DNA of 64,000 nucleotides from Buttiauxella sp. (GTDB lineage Bacteria; Pseudomonadota; Gammaproteobacteria; Enterobacterales; Enterobacteriaceae): NCBI RefSeq assembly GCF_049686335.1, contig NZ_JBAVHX010000006.1, positions 1,083 to 65,082 of the forward strand, read 5' to 3'. Shown piece by piece: positions 8,984 to 18,350 of this stretch (position 1 is its first letter; each line of letters starts with the position of its first letter). The notes under the pieces were generated by a model. It saw only the letters and a program-made list of their open reading frames with translations, ran no database searches and was not told where the DNA came from. The position numbers and the translations under genes were made by a program.

Positions 8984-10186
8984 ATGACTCAACTTATTAG
9001 CACCAACAAACCATCGCGCTTTGTACGTAAATTGCGCAAACTCAGTAATGAACCGAAACGTTTTTTAATCGATTCCAGCGGTTTTCGAATTGCCCACCGT
9101 TCCTGGCAACGTAGCCTCAAACTTGGCAGTTTTCTCTGGGTCGTGGTCTGTTTTTCCATCGCTGCCCTCTATTTTGGTGTTATAGCCTCCGACCGATACG
9201 TAAGCCGGGCAGAGTTAATTATTAAACAAGCGGACCAAATTAAAATGTTGCCTGACGCCCTGTCGATGTTGGGTATTGGTGGCAGCAACCATCAGGACGT
9301 TCTGCTGGTTCAGGATTATATGAAATCCTGGGACATGTTATCCAAGCTGGATAAAGAGCTTGGCCTCAAATCCCATTACCAGAGCGATAAGGCCGACTAC
9401 TTTTCTCGCCTGCCCCAAGATGTTAGCCGAGAAGATTTTCTTGAATATTACCGCAATCATTTGACCTTACGCCTTGATGAACTGTCAGGGGTGCTCACGG
9501 TCGAGTTACAGGCATTTGATCCCGAGTATGGGCAGCGGGTCGTAAACCTGATGCTTAAAGAGTCGGAGGTATTTATCAACAAACTGGGGCATCAAGTCGC
9601 GTTGTCTCAACTGGAGTTTGTAGAAAAAGAGGTCGATCGCGCCTATCAGCGGCTTCAGGATGAGAAAAGCAAAGTGCTGGCTTTTCAAAACAGCCATCAA
9701 CTCATCAGCCCGGAATCCACCAGTAGCGCCCGCTTAGGGGTGGTCAGCCAGATTGAAGGAGAGCTGGTACGCCAGCAAGCTGAATTAAAGCAATTACAAA
9801 GTTATATGAGGGACACTGCACCAGGCATTATCTCGGTACAGGCCAGAATTGATGCGTTGAGCAAGCAGTTGAAACAGGAACAAGCCAGGCTTACTGGTGT
9901 TGATCAGGATGCGATGAATGAAGTTACCGCGGGCTATTTAGACGTGCAAACCCAGGCAACTTTTGCTGCTGATCTTTACAAAACAGGCCTTATTAGCCTT
10001 GAGCAAGCCAGGGTAGAGGCTTACCGCAAACTGAAACATCTGATGGTCATCAGCCAGCCTACACTTGCTGAAGATGCCGAATTCCCTCGTCGCCTCTACA
10101 ACCTGGCCACCGTAGGCGTACTCCTTTGTCTCTTTTATGGGCTCTTCGTGATGGGTCTCGCGACTCTGCGTGAGCATCAGGACTAA
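8984..10186 (+). CDS. kpsE: Capsule export PCP-3 adaptor
   Basis: Two TM segments flanking a periplasmic coiled region; IASDRYVS and PTLAEDAEFPRRLY motifs. Confidence 0.9.
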   Translation: MTQLISTNKPSRFVRKLRKLSNEPKRFLIDSSGFRIAHRSWQRSLKLGSFLWVVVCFSIAALYFGVIASDRYVSRAELIIKQADQIKMLPDALSMLGIGGSNHQDVLLVQDYMKSWDMLSKLDKELGLKSHYQSDKADYFSRLPQDVSREDFLEYYRNHLTLRLDELSGVLTVELQAFDPEYGQRVVNLMLKESEVFINKLGHQVALSQLEFVEKEVDRAYQRLQDEKSKVLAFQNSHQLISPESTSSARLGVVSQIEGELVRQQAELKQLQSYMRDTAPGIISVQARIDALSKQLKQEQARLTGVDQDAMNEVTAGYLDVQTQATFAADLYKTGLISLEQARVEAYRKLKHLMVISQPTLAEDAEFPRRLYNLATVGVLLCLFYGLFVMGLATLREHQD

Positions 10187-10319
10187 CAGGGAATTGCTGG
10201 AAATACTCATTTAACGAGCTATTTCATCTTGGGCCATGGTTCTTCGTTAACCAGCCTGCAAGTAGCCACACTCCTGGCCACTTTTATTCACATATCAAAT
10301 ATTTGAGAGACCTCCCACT

Positions 10320-12836
10320 ATGGACAGTCAACAAGGCAGCCATTTACTGGCTATTCCTAACCACAAATCAGAAGCAGAACAGCAACCAAAGACCGAACTG
10401 GACTTTGTTTTCAAGCGCTCCCTTTTTTGGCGTCCAACCTACATTGCCCAATCCGCTTGGTTAGAACACATTCCATTTGCTTTCTGGTTATTGGAAACAC
10501 TGCGCCCCCGCAAGGTTGTCGAGTTGGGTACCCATTACGGCAGTTCTTATTTTTCATTCTGCCAGGCAGTGACAAAGCTGGATCTCGAAACTCTCTGCTT
10601 TGCTGTTGATACTTGGGGAGGAGACGAACATGCTGGACAGTACGGGGAGGAGGTCTATGGGCAAGTATCTGAATATAACCAACAACACTACTCAGGTTTC
10701 TCTACCCTTATCCGCAGCACATTCGACCAGGCATTAGACCATTTCCCTCAAGGCAGTATTGATTTACTTCATATTGATGGTTTGCACACGTTCGAGGCGG
10801 TACGACATGACTTTGAAAGCTGGCTGCCGAAGCTCTCTGAAAAAGCCGTTGTGATTATGCACGACACTAATGTGCGAGAACGTGGGTTTGGTGTATTCCA
10901 GCTTCTGGATGAGCTAAAACAGCAGTACCCTCATTTTGAGTTTGCCCATGGTCATGGCCTTGGGGTGATTGGTGTGGGGAGTGAGCAGTCTTCAGAAATG
11001 AAGAGCCTGTATGGTATTTCAGAAAATGCTCGTGCCACCAAACAAGTACATGAAATATTTTCTCGCCTGGGTAAAGCCTGTGGTGATAGTTGGGAAAATA
11101 ACCAGTTAAAACGTCAACTAACGTTACAGCAAGAAGAGCTACAGGCGGAACATCAACAACTGATGGAACAACAGGCCCTCGAGCGGGGGCGTCTTGCTGA
11201 AAGAATCACTGCCCAGCATCACAATCTGACCACATTAGAAAGCAAACTTGAGCATTATAAATCATTAGAAGGTGAGCAATCTGCTCAACGGCAGGAGCAA
11301 CTCACTACTCAAGAACAGGCTCAAAAGCAGTTACAACAGCAACTTAATGAACAGGCGCTACAACTTAGCGAAGAGACCCAGAGAACTGCGCAACTGACCC
11401 TTGCTCTGAGCAAGAGTAACGTGGCACTCACCGAGCACTCACGCCAACTTACCGCACTGCAGCACCATTTGGAGCAAGCTCTACACACACAGGACTCACA
11501 ATCTCGCACAATGGTCGAACGAGATAACACGGTGAACCTGCTGCAACAAAGAGCTAATGCTCTTTTGCAACAACTTGAAGATGAGAGCCAAACCAAAAAT
11601 CAACTGCAGCGCGCATACGGATTGCTTGAAGTCCAATATGAAGCTCTATGCAAAGAACGCGATGGCTTGCGTCAGACCAACATCAACCTGCTTGAACAAG
11701 TTGATGTTGCCTCGGTAGTAAGGCAACAGTTACAGCTCCAGATAGATGAACAAGAAAGGGTATTGGAATCTGCTCATCAGCGGTATGAAGAGCTGACGCA
11801 GGTTCTTACCGACAAAGCACAAGAGGCATCCCAATGGCAGATGCAATGCGAATCCTTGTCTGTCGATCTGGATGCAAGCCGTTTGCTGCTTGAGCAATAT
11901 GAAACAACCAAGCGAATCTGGCAGGAGCAAGAACAAGCGCTTAATACCACAGTGGAAGAGCGTTTTGCCGAAATTGCGGCACTGACTCGAATGCTTGAAG
12001 AGCAAACCCAGACCATTAGTGCGCAAGCGGCGGAATACGAGCACTTGAGCGCCCAATTACACGCTACGCAGCAGCAATTACAGGCTGAACAAGCACAGCA
12101 TCAAATAAGTATGCAAGCGTCAGCAGAGTTTGCTGCAGAGCAAGAGAAACAGGTTAGCGAACTCAAAAAGATGCTAGATGAGCGCTTCAATGAGATAGCG
12201 TTACTCACTCGTATTCTGGAAGAACAAACTCGGACCATTGATGTGCAGGCTGTAGAACACGAGCGTTTGAATATCCAGCAGCAAACCTTCCAGCAACAGG
12301 CAGCCCAGCAACAGACCCAACTAGACCTCCGTGTGGAAGAACTGGTTAAACATAACGACGGACTGGAAGCCAATATTTCCGAGCGTTTTCGTGAACTGGC
12401 TATCATGACAAATTTGATAGAGCAGCAAGGAAGAGAACTCAGTAATAGTGAACAGCAGATTGAGCGGCTAAAAGCTCGCATAAATAAACTTAAAGGAACA
12501 GTGTCTTGGCGTTTGACTGCACCAGTGAGAGCATTGGCAAAGCCCTTCAAGGTTTCGCCAGCATACAGCATTAGCCAAATTAATATAATTGCAGAATCTG
12601 GGTATTTCGATGAAGTATGGTATCGCCAACATTATCCTGCTGCTGGGAATAACACCTCAGCGATTGAACACTATCTGAATATTGGCGCAGTGAATGGCTA
12701 TAACCCGAGCTCTAAATTCGATACCCGCTGGTATATTAATACGTACCCTGATGTAGCTAATGGAGACATAAACCCACTTTTGCATTTCATTTTGCATGGG
12801 CAACACGAAGGGCGACTGTGTCACTCACAGTCTTGA
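10320..12836 (+). CDS. Class I SAM methyltransferase + long coiled coil + C-terminal FDxxWY repeat module
   Basis: VELGTHYGSS and IDLLHIDGLHTFEAVRHDF (Methyltransf_24-like); Q/E/L-rich heptads ~11090-12500; SWRLTAPVR at 12504-12530; FDEVWY/FDTRWY repeats. Confidence 0.85.
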   Translation: MDSQQGSHLLAIPNHKSEAEQQPKTELDFVFKRSLFWRPTYIAQSAWLEHIPFAFWLLETLRPRKVVELGTHYGSSYFSFCQAVTKLDLETLCFAVDTWGGDEHAGQYGEEVYGQVSEYNQQHYSGFSTLIRSTFDQALDHFPQGSIDLLHIDGLHTFEAVRHDFESWLPKLSEKAVVIMHDTNVRERGFGVFQLLDELKQQYPHFEFAHGHGLGVIGVGSEQSSEMKSLYGISENARATKQVHEIFSRLGKACGDSWENNQLKRQLTLQQEELQAEHQQLMEQQALERGRLAERITAQHHNLTTLESKLEHYKSLEGEQSAQRQEQLTTQEQAQKQLQQQLNEQALQLSEETQRTAQLTLALSKSNVALTEHSRQLTALQHHLEQALHTQDSQSRTMVERDNTVNLLQQRANALLQQLEDESQTKNQLQRAYGLLEVQYEALCKERDGLRQTNINLLEQVDVASVVRQQLQLQIDEQERVLESAHQRYEELTQVLTDKAQEASQWQMQCESLSVDLDASRLLLEQYETTKRIWQEQEQALNTTVEERFAEIAALTRMLEEQTQTISAQAAEYEHLSAQLHATQQQLQAEQAQHQISMQASAEFAAEQEKQVSELKKMLDERFNEIALLTRILEEQTRTIDVQAVEHERLNIQQQTFQQQAAQQQTQLDLRVEELVKHNDGLEANISERFRELAIMTNLIEQQGRELSNSEQQIERLKARINKLKGTVSWRLTAPVRALAKPFKVSPAYSISQINIIAESGYFDEVWYRQHYPAAGNNTSAIEHYLNIGAVNGYNPSSKFDTRWYINTYPDVANGDINPLLHFILHGQHEGRLCHSQS

Positions 12837-12860
12837 TGTTTAAAATATGTATTAAATAAC

Positions 12861-15041
12861 ATGGGAATGAAAATGCAATCTTTCAACGATATACTTAATG
12901 GTTCTGAGCTATTTGATAGTGAATGGTACAAAGAAACTTATCCTGATGTTGAACTCCTAAATATGGAGCCTGCGGAGCATTATTTAAAGTATGGCTGGAG
13001 AATGCTCCGTGATCCAAGTGTTGAGTTTTCAACGAAGTTCTATTTAAAGTTTAACGCGGATGTGAAAGAGGCTGGCGTCAATCCGCTGATTCATTATATT
13101 ACGCAAGGTATAAATGAAGGGCGTGTTTGCAAGCAGGCCACCACTTCTCTGTTTAAAGACGGTATTCCTGCACCCGTATATATAAAGAAAAGCCAGCTTG
13201 ACTTTAAATTTGAATCGCCGGTCAGAACTATTTGTTTCTACCTTCCACAATTCCATGCCATTCCTGAAAATAATGAATGGTGGGGAGATGGCTTTACTGA
13301 ATGGTCAAATGTTAAACCCGCGAAATCACAGTTTGAAGGTCATCATCAACCTCATATTCCAGATGAATTAGGTTATTACAACCTACTTGATGTGGATACT
13401 CAACGCAGACAGATAGCCCTTGCAAAACAGTATGGCATCGACGGTTTCTGTTTCTATTTCTATTGGTTTGCTGGACATCGTCTGTTGGAGCAACCATTAC
13501 TCAATTACTTAGATAATAGTGATCTAGATCTGCCATTTAGCTTATGCTGGGCTAATGAAAACTGGTGCCGCCGCTGGGATGGTCTTGAAAGTGAAATTCT
13601 CATTGCGCAAGACCATAGCCCTGCTGATGATATCGAATTCATCAAGTATGTTTCAAAATATATGCATGACCCCCGTTATATTCGAGTGAATGGTAAACCG
13701 CTACTTACCATCTATCGCCCTAGCTTGCTGCCAGACGCCAAAGCGACCGTAGAGCGTTGGCGTACCTGGTGCCGTGAAAATGGCATAGGTGAAATATATA
13801 TGGCATACACTCAATCCTTCGAAAAAGAGTCGCCGAACGTGTATGGTATTGATGCTGCTATCGAATTCCCGCCCAATAATTCAAATATTCCTAATATAAC
13901 TCATCAAATTGCGGAATTATCAGATGAGTTTACCGGTAATATTTATGATTGGAGTGAGTTGGTAAAGCGCAGTGAACATTATAGCGACCCTGGTTATCAA
14001 TTTTTCCGAGGTGTTACACCAAGTTGGGATAATACAGCTCGTCGCAAAAATAATGGCACTATTCTATACGGTAGTTCACCTTGCCTATATCAAAAGTGGC
14101 TTTTCAATGCAGCTCTGGATACTACCCAGCGCATCAAAAATCCAGATGAACGTTTTGTCTTTATCAATGCCTGGAACGAGTGGGCTGAAGGTGCCCACCT
14201 TGAGCCAGACCAAGCATATGGATTCGGTTACCTTGAGGCAACCCGTATGGCTTTGGTTCGGGCTCAGCTATGCATCCAACCAGTAAGCAGTCACCAAGAT
14301 AAGTTGGCTGTGGTAATACATGCCTTCTATCTTGATATTCTTGAAGAAATGATTGCTGAGTTACAATCTGTAACTGAATGGAATATCAAACTATTCGTCA
14401 CTACACCGTATCAGAACGAGCAAGAGGCCCAAGCACTTTTGCAAACAAGTGGCCTGGCCTATCATCTATTACCGCTGGAAAACCGTGGACGTGATGTGCT
14501 GCCCTTTCTAAAAATTATGAATGTTGTTAACCAGGAGGGTTACAACTATCTTGTCAAGGTACATACCAAGCGCTCGGAACACCGTGAAGATGGAGATAAA
14601 TGGCGTGATGATCTCTTTTCCAAATTGATTACCTCGGCAGCTATCGATAATGCGATGGACATCTTCAGGGAGCAACCCAAAGTCGGAATTATCGGGCCAG
14701 AAGGTCATATAGTCCCCATGAATTTCTATTGGGGTTCCAATGCAGAAAAGGTTGAAAAACTATGTTACCGCATGGGGTATAAACTCGATGATATTAGGGA
14801 GATCAATTTTGTAGCAGGCACCATGTTTTTTGCTCGCGTGGATACGATCAAGCCTTTACTCGGTCTTGGGTTGACTGATGATGATTTTGATATGGAGGCA
14901 GGTCAAATCGATGGAACGATTGCACATGCGATTGAACGTGTGATTGCTGTTGCGGCTAACTCGGTAAAACATACTGTTAGTAATACAAATGGTGAAAGTA
15001 TGAGTAACCATTCTTCTTATGCATTTGCTAAAATAGGATAA
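12861..15041 (+). CDS. Multidomain glycan biosynthesis protein: FDxxWY module + WbsX/GH99-like domain + RgpF-like rhamnan-synthesis domain
   Basis: ICFYLPQFH..ENNEWWG.GFTEW and FINAWNEWAEG.HLEPD (WbsX-like); AVVIHAFY, NRGRDVLPF, KVHTKRS, DGTIAHAIER (RgpF-like). Confidence 0.85.
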   Translation: MGMKMQSFNDILNGSELFDSEWYKETYPDVELLNMEPAEHYLKYGWRMLRDPSVEFSTKFYLKFNADVKEAGVNPLIHYITQGINEGRVCKQATTSLFKDGIPAPVYIKKSQLDFKFESPVRTICFYLPQFHAIPENNEWWGDGFTEWSNVKPAKSQFEGHHQPHIPDELGYYNLLDVDTQRRQIALAKQYGIDGFCFYFYWFAGHRLLEQPLLNYLDNSDLDLPFSLCWANENWCRRWDGLESEILIAQDHSPADDIEFIKYVSKYMHDPRYIRVNGKPLLTIYRPSLLPDAKATVERWRTWCRENGIGEIYMAYTQSFEKESPNVYGIDAAIEFPPNNSNIPNITHQIAELSDEFTGNIYDWSELVKRSEHYSDPGYQFFRGVTPSWDNTARRKNNGTILYGSSPCLYQKWLFNAALDTTQRIKNPDERFVFINAWNEWAEGAHLEPDQAYGFGYLEATRMALVRAQLCIQPVSSHQDKLAVVIHAFYLDILEEMIAELQSVTEWNIKLFVTTPYQNEQEAQALLQTSGLAYHLLPLENRGRDVLPFLKIMNVVNQEGYNYLVKVHTKRSEHREDGDKWRDDLFSKLITSAAIDNAMDIFREQPKVGIIGPEGHIVPMNFYWGSNAEKVEKLCYRMGYKLDDIREINFVAGTMFFARVDTIKPLLGLGLTDDDFDMEAGQIDGTIAHAIERVIAVAANSVKHTVSNTNGESMSNHSSYAFAKIG

Positions 15042-15046
15042 TATAG

Positions 15047-16117
15047 ATGAAAACAAACGTAAGAATTTCCGCTATTGCTAAAGATGAAGGTGCATATTTA
15101 GTCGACTGGATATTTCATCACTTTTACTTTGGTTTTGATTCAATTGATATTTATATAAATAAAACTACTGATAATTCAAAAGAAATATGTAATAAACTAA
15201 GTAATAAATTTAACATTCGTGTATTGGATGGTGATGATTTTGTAACCGAGTATGGTGGTGACTTTCAAAAGCATGTATACGAGCACGCTTATAATTTAGC
15301 CAAAGAAGAAGGTGTGACAAATTTATTATTTCTAGATATTGATGAGTTTTGGACTCCACGAAATTTCAAAACTAGCATCCATGAACATTTGGAAGAGAAT
15401 TCTCATTCTGATATCATTTGCTATGAGTGGGGTATTCCTGCGCATGACTCACTCCCATTCTCTACACCCTTTTCAGAACATCAAAAAATATTAAAAAACT
15501 ATCATCTTAAATCATTATTTAAAACATCAATTGATATTTCAGTAATAGGTATACACAATGTTTTATCGGAAAGAGCAACGTACGTACTAGCCGATGGTTC
15601 AACTCCAAACTTCGACGAAAAAAATAAAGCAACAATCATAGCCACTGATACAATTGGCCCTTTGAAAGAGGTGTTCATTCTACATCGGGTAGCAAGAAGT
15701 CAAGTGGAATATGTATCATTACTTGGGAAAGGTCGACCATCGACACAAAACAGCCTGAAAAATAATAGATGGGGTTTCATTAGAGCAAATGATGGTGTGG
15801 ATTTTTCAATTATCGAAGAACATATTTTAGACTATAAATCAAAATTATCATCATTGATTGATACTTTACACCTAAGAAAAGATATTAATGAAGCAAGGTG
15901 TTTTGTCTTGGAAAGATTTAAATATGTGGTGGATTTTATTATAAATAGTGGAAGTCATAACATTGTAATACATCAGAATATTCTAAAAAACATAACATTA
16001 CCTAGTGTTCTTTTTGTTATTAATGCCGTTTCCTCGAATGCTTTCGTTGATATTAAAAGTGTTTATGAATTTGTGGCGTCTGATTTAGATAAAGTCGATA
16101 TCAATAAATTTAATTAA
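15047..16117 (+). CDS. GT-A glycosyltransferase (Glyco_tranf_2_4/GT92-like), very AT-rich
   Basis: AIAKDEGAYLVDWIFHH N-terminal motif, LFLDIDEFW DXD motif. Confidence 0.8.
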   Translation: MKTNVRISAIAKDEGAYLVDWIFHHFYFGFDSIDIYINKTTDNSKEICNKLSNKFNIRVLDGDDFVTEYGGDFQKHVYEHAYNLAKEEGVTNLLFLDIDEFWTPRNFKTSIHEHLEENSHSDIICYEWGIPAHDSLPFSTPFSEHQKILKNYHLKSLFKTSIDISVIGIHNVLSERATYVLADGSTPNFDEKNKATIIATDTIGPLKEVFILHRVARSQVEYVSLLGKGRPSTQNSLKNNRWGFIRANDGVDFSIIEEHILDYKSKLSSLIDTLHLRKDINEARCFVLERFKYVVDFIINSGSHNIVIHQNILKNITLPSVLFVINAVSSNAFVDIKSVYEFVASDLDKVDINKFN

Positions 16118-16506
16118 CTTGAAGTTAATAAACTAATTTTTATAATATTGCAGCAGTTAGACTTTTTTTCAAATAGGTCATTTTAGGCTAACCAATTCCA
16201 ATACTACACAGGCTACATGGTTATTATGATGTTTCTCCACAAGCTTTTTTTTGGGTGATGGGTTTTAATAGGTGTTGTTCAATAGAAATAATGCATTGAG
16301 TGAAAGTTATATAGTTTTGATGATGGTGAGAACAAGTTTCTTCTAAGGTGCACACGAAAAATTTCATATTTTTGTTCAGTCCATGATAAATACTCGCCAA
16401 TTGTGTTATATATCCTATTTCCCCTAAGTATCTGCATTGAAAATCATATTCTTAGGTCTCCGTCATGAAATGGTTAAGTAACATGAATAATCATGCCATA
16501 CGTTAT

Positions 16507-16520
16507 TAGGATAGATCCTA
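16507..16520. promoter_or_regulatory. RcsAB-like box upstream of ugd
   Basis: Palindromic TAGGATAGATCCTA, 125 bp before the ugd ATG; ugd is Rcs-regulated in Salmonella. Confidence 0.6.
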
Positions 16521-16645
16521 CCATAATATAATTATAGAAAAATGCGCAGGCATATACTGTTAATTTAACCATTATGGGTATACTGAATTTCATCCTTCAT
16601 TGTATGATCAAGGTATAATTACTAAGTTTTAGAGTCTCAATAAAA

Positions 16646-17812
16646 ATGAATATAACAATTGCAGGCACCGGCTATGTCGGTCTTTCCAATGCAGTACTTT
16701 TGGCCCAACACCATACAGTTATTGCTCTGGACGTTGTGCCAGAAAAAGTCGAACAAATTAACCAGCGCAAGTCCCCAATAGCGGATAAAGAACTTGAAGA
16801 GTATTTGGCCAACATACCTCTAAATTTAAAGGCCACGCTTGATAAATTCGAGGCCTATAAAGCCGCCGAGTATGTGATTATCGCTACCCCAACCGATTAT
16901 GATCCCGAGACTAACTATTTCAACACCAGCTCGGTCGAGGCGGTTATCCGCGATGTAATGGCTATTAATCCCGATGCGGTTATGGTGATTAAGTCGACCA
17001 TTCCGGTGGGCTTTACCGAACGCATGCGTCAGGAACTTGGCACGGAGAATCTGATCTTCTCACCAGAATTCTTACGAGAAGGTAAGGCCCTGTATGACAA
17101 CCTTTATCCTTCTCGTATCGTGGTGGGTGAGTGCAGCGAACGCGCTCAAGCATTTGCTGAATTGCTCAAAGAGGGTGCCATTAGGCAGGATGTTCCTGTG
17201 CTGCTGACCGGCAGTACCGAGGCTGAAGCCATTAAGCTTTTTGCCAATACTTATCTGGCGATGCGGGTGGCTTATTTCAATGAGCTCGACACCTATGCTC
17301 AAGCCCATGGGCTGGACAGCCGCCAGATCATTGAGGGCATTGGACTGGATCCTCGTATTGGCAACCACTATAACAACCCTTCATTTGGCTATGGCGGCTA
17401 CTGCCTGCCCAAAGATACCAAGCAGTTGTTGGCCAACTATAACCAGGTGCCTAATAACCTGATCCGCGCCATCGTTGATGCCAATACTACTCGTAAGGAT
17501 TTTATTGCTGACAGTGTGATCCGTCGCAAACCTAAGGTAGTCGGTATCCACCGCCTGGTGATGAAGGCGGGTTCGGATAATTTCCGCTCCTCTGCCATCC
17601 AGGGGATCATGAAGCGGATCAAGGCCAAGGGAATCGAGGTGGTGATATTTGAGCCAACGATTAAAGAAGATGCCTTCTTTAACTCCCGCGTGATCCGTGA
17701 CCTGGGCGAATTTAAGGCACTCAGTGATGTCATTCTGTGCAACCGAATGGCGACTGATCTGACTGATGTTGCAGACAAGGTCTATACGCGAGATCTTTTT
17801 GGCTCTGATTGA
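16646..17812 (+). CDS. ugd: UDP-glucose 6-dehydrogenase
   Basis: GTGYVGLS Rossmann motif, FSPEFLREG, catalytic [10 protein letters not shown]; 388 aa. Confidence 0.97.
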   Translation: MNITIAGTGYVGLSNAVLLAQHHTVIALDVVPEKVEQINQRKSPIADKELEEYLANIPLNLKATLDKFEAYKAAEYVIIATPTDYDPETNYFNTSSVEAVIRDVMAINPDAVMVIKSTIPVGFTERMRQELGTENLIFSPEFLREGKALYDNLYPSRIVVGECSERAQAFAELLKEGAIRQDVPVLLTGSTEAEAIKLFANTYLAMRVAYFNELDTYAQAHGLDSRQIIEGIGLDPRIGNHYNNPSFGYGGYCLPKDTKQLLANYNQVPNNLIRAIVDANTTRKDFIADSVIRRKPKVVGIHRLVMKAGSDNFRSSAIQGIMKRIKAKGIEVVIFEPTIKEDAFFNSRVIRDLGEFKALSDVILCNRMATDLTDVADKVYTRDLFGSD

Positions 17813-17902
17813 GTTTTCTAATGAGGTAAGGTGTGTAATAGTGCGGTCAGGCGATAATAAAAAGCGCCACCCCGTCAACAATAACAAGAGTATTAAATCA
17901 GG

Positions 17903-18280
17903 ATGATAGCTACCTACACCCTTGTCAAATTACCACTTCTCACACCAGGTGGTCAGTTACGTTGGAATATTGATTCTTCATCCAGCCAGCAGGCTGTTAA
18001 AGTTTCAAATGGTCGTATTGAACTTCGTGGATGGTTGCTGGCTGAAAGCGAACCGTTTGCCAGGCTTGCAGTTAAAAACAGCATCGGGACTTATTGCTTT
18101 CCTTTTAATATTCGAAGACCTGATGTTATCTCCGCCATATTGGAGTTGCCAGCAGAAAACCATCCAAGACTACTCTGCGGTTTTGACATTAAAGTGCCAT
18201 TCTCTTCGCAGATGACAATAGGACTGGAGTCTGATGGTTTAATTACCTGGCTTGAAGAATTAATTTTTTCTCCTGCCTAA
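17903..18280 (+). CDS. Hypothetical 125-aa beta-rich protein
   Basis: In-operon ORF preceded by AGG; IELRGW...RPDV...CGFDIKV pattern. Confidence 0.65.
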   Translation: MIATYTLVKLPLLTPGGQLRWNIDSSSSQQAVKVSNGRIELRGWLLAESEPFARLAVKNSIGTYCFPFNIRRPDVISAILELPAENHPRLLCGFDIKVPFSSQMTIGLESDGLITWLEELIFSPA

Positions 18281-18350
18281 TTATTTGAAAATTTACATTC
18301 ACACCGGTGTTCAATAATAGTTCTTTGAACCGGTGTGAATGCTGTTTTGC

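Noticed and set aside
12101..12571. Antisense ORFs (also 11321-11596, 11730-12056) in the coiled-coil gene
   Set aside because: Ser/Cys-rich shadows produced by CAG/GAA codon bias on the coding strand.
16118..16500. Decayed gene in the AT-rich gap (fragment LHGYYDVSPQAFF)
   Set aside because: Fragments are short, interrupted by stops and not confidently assignable.
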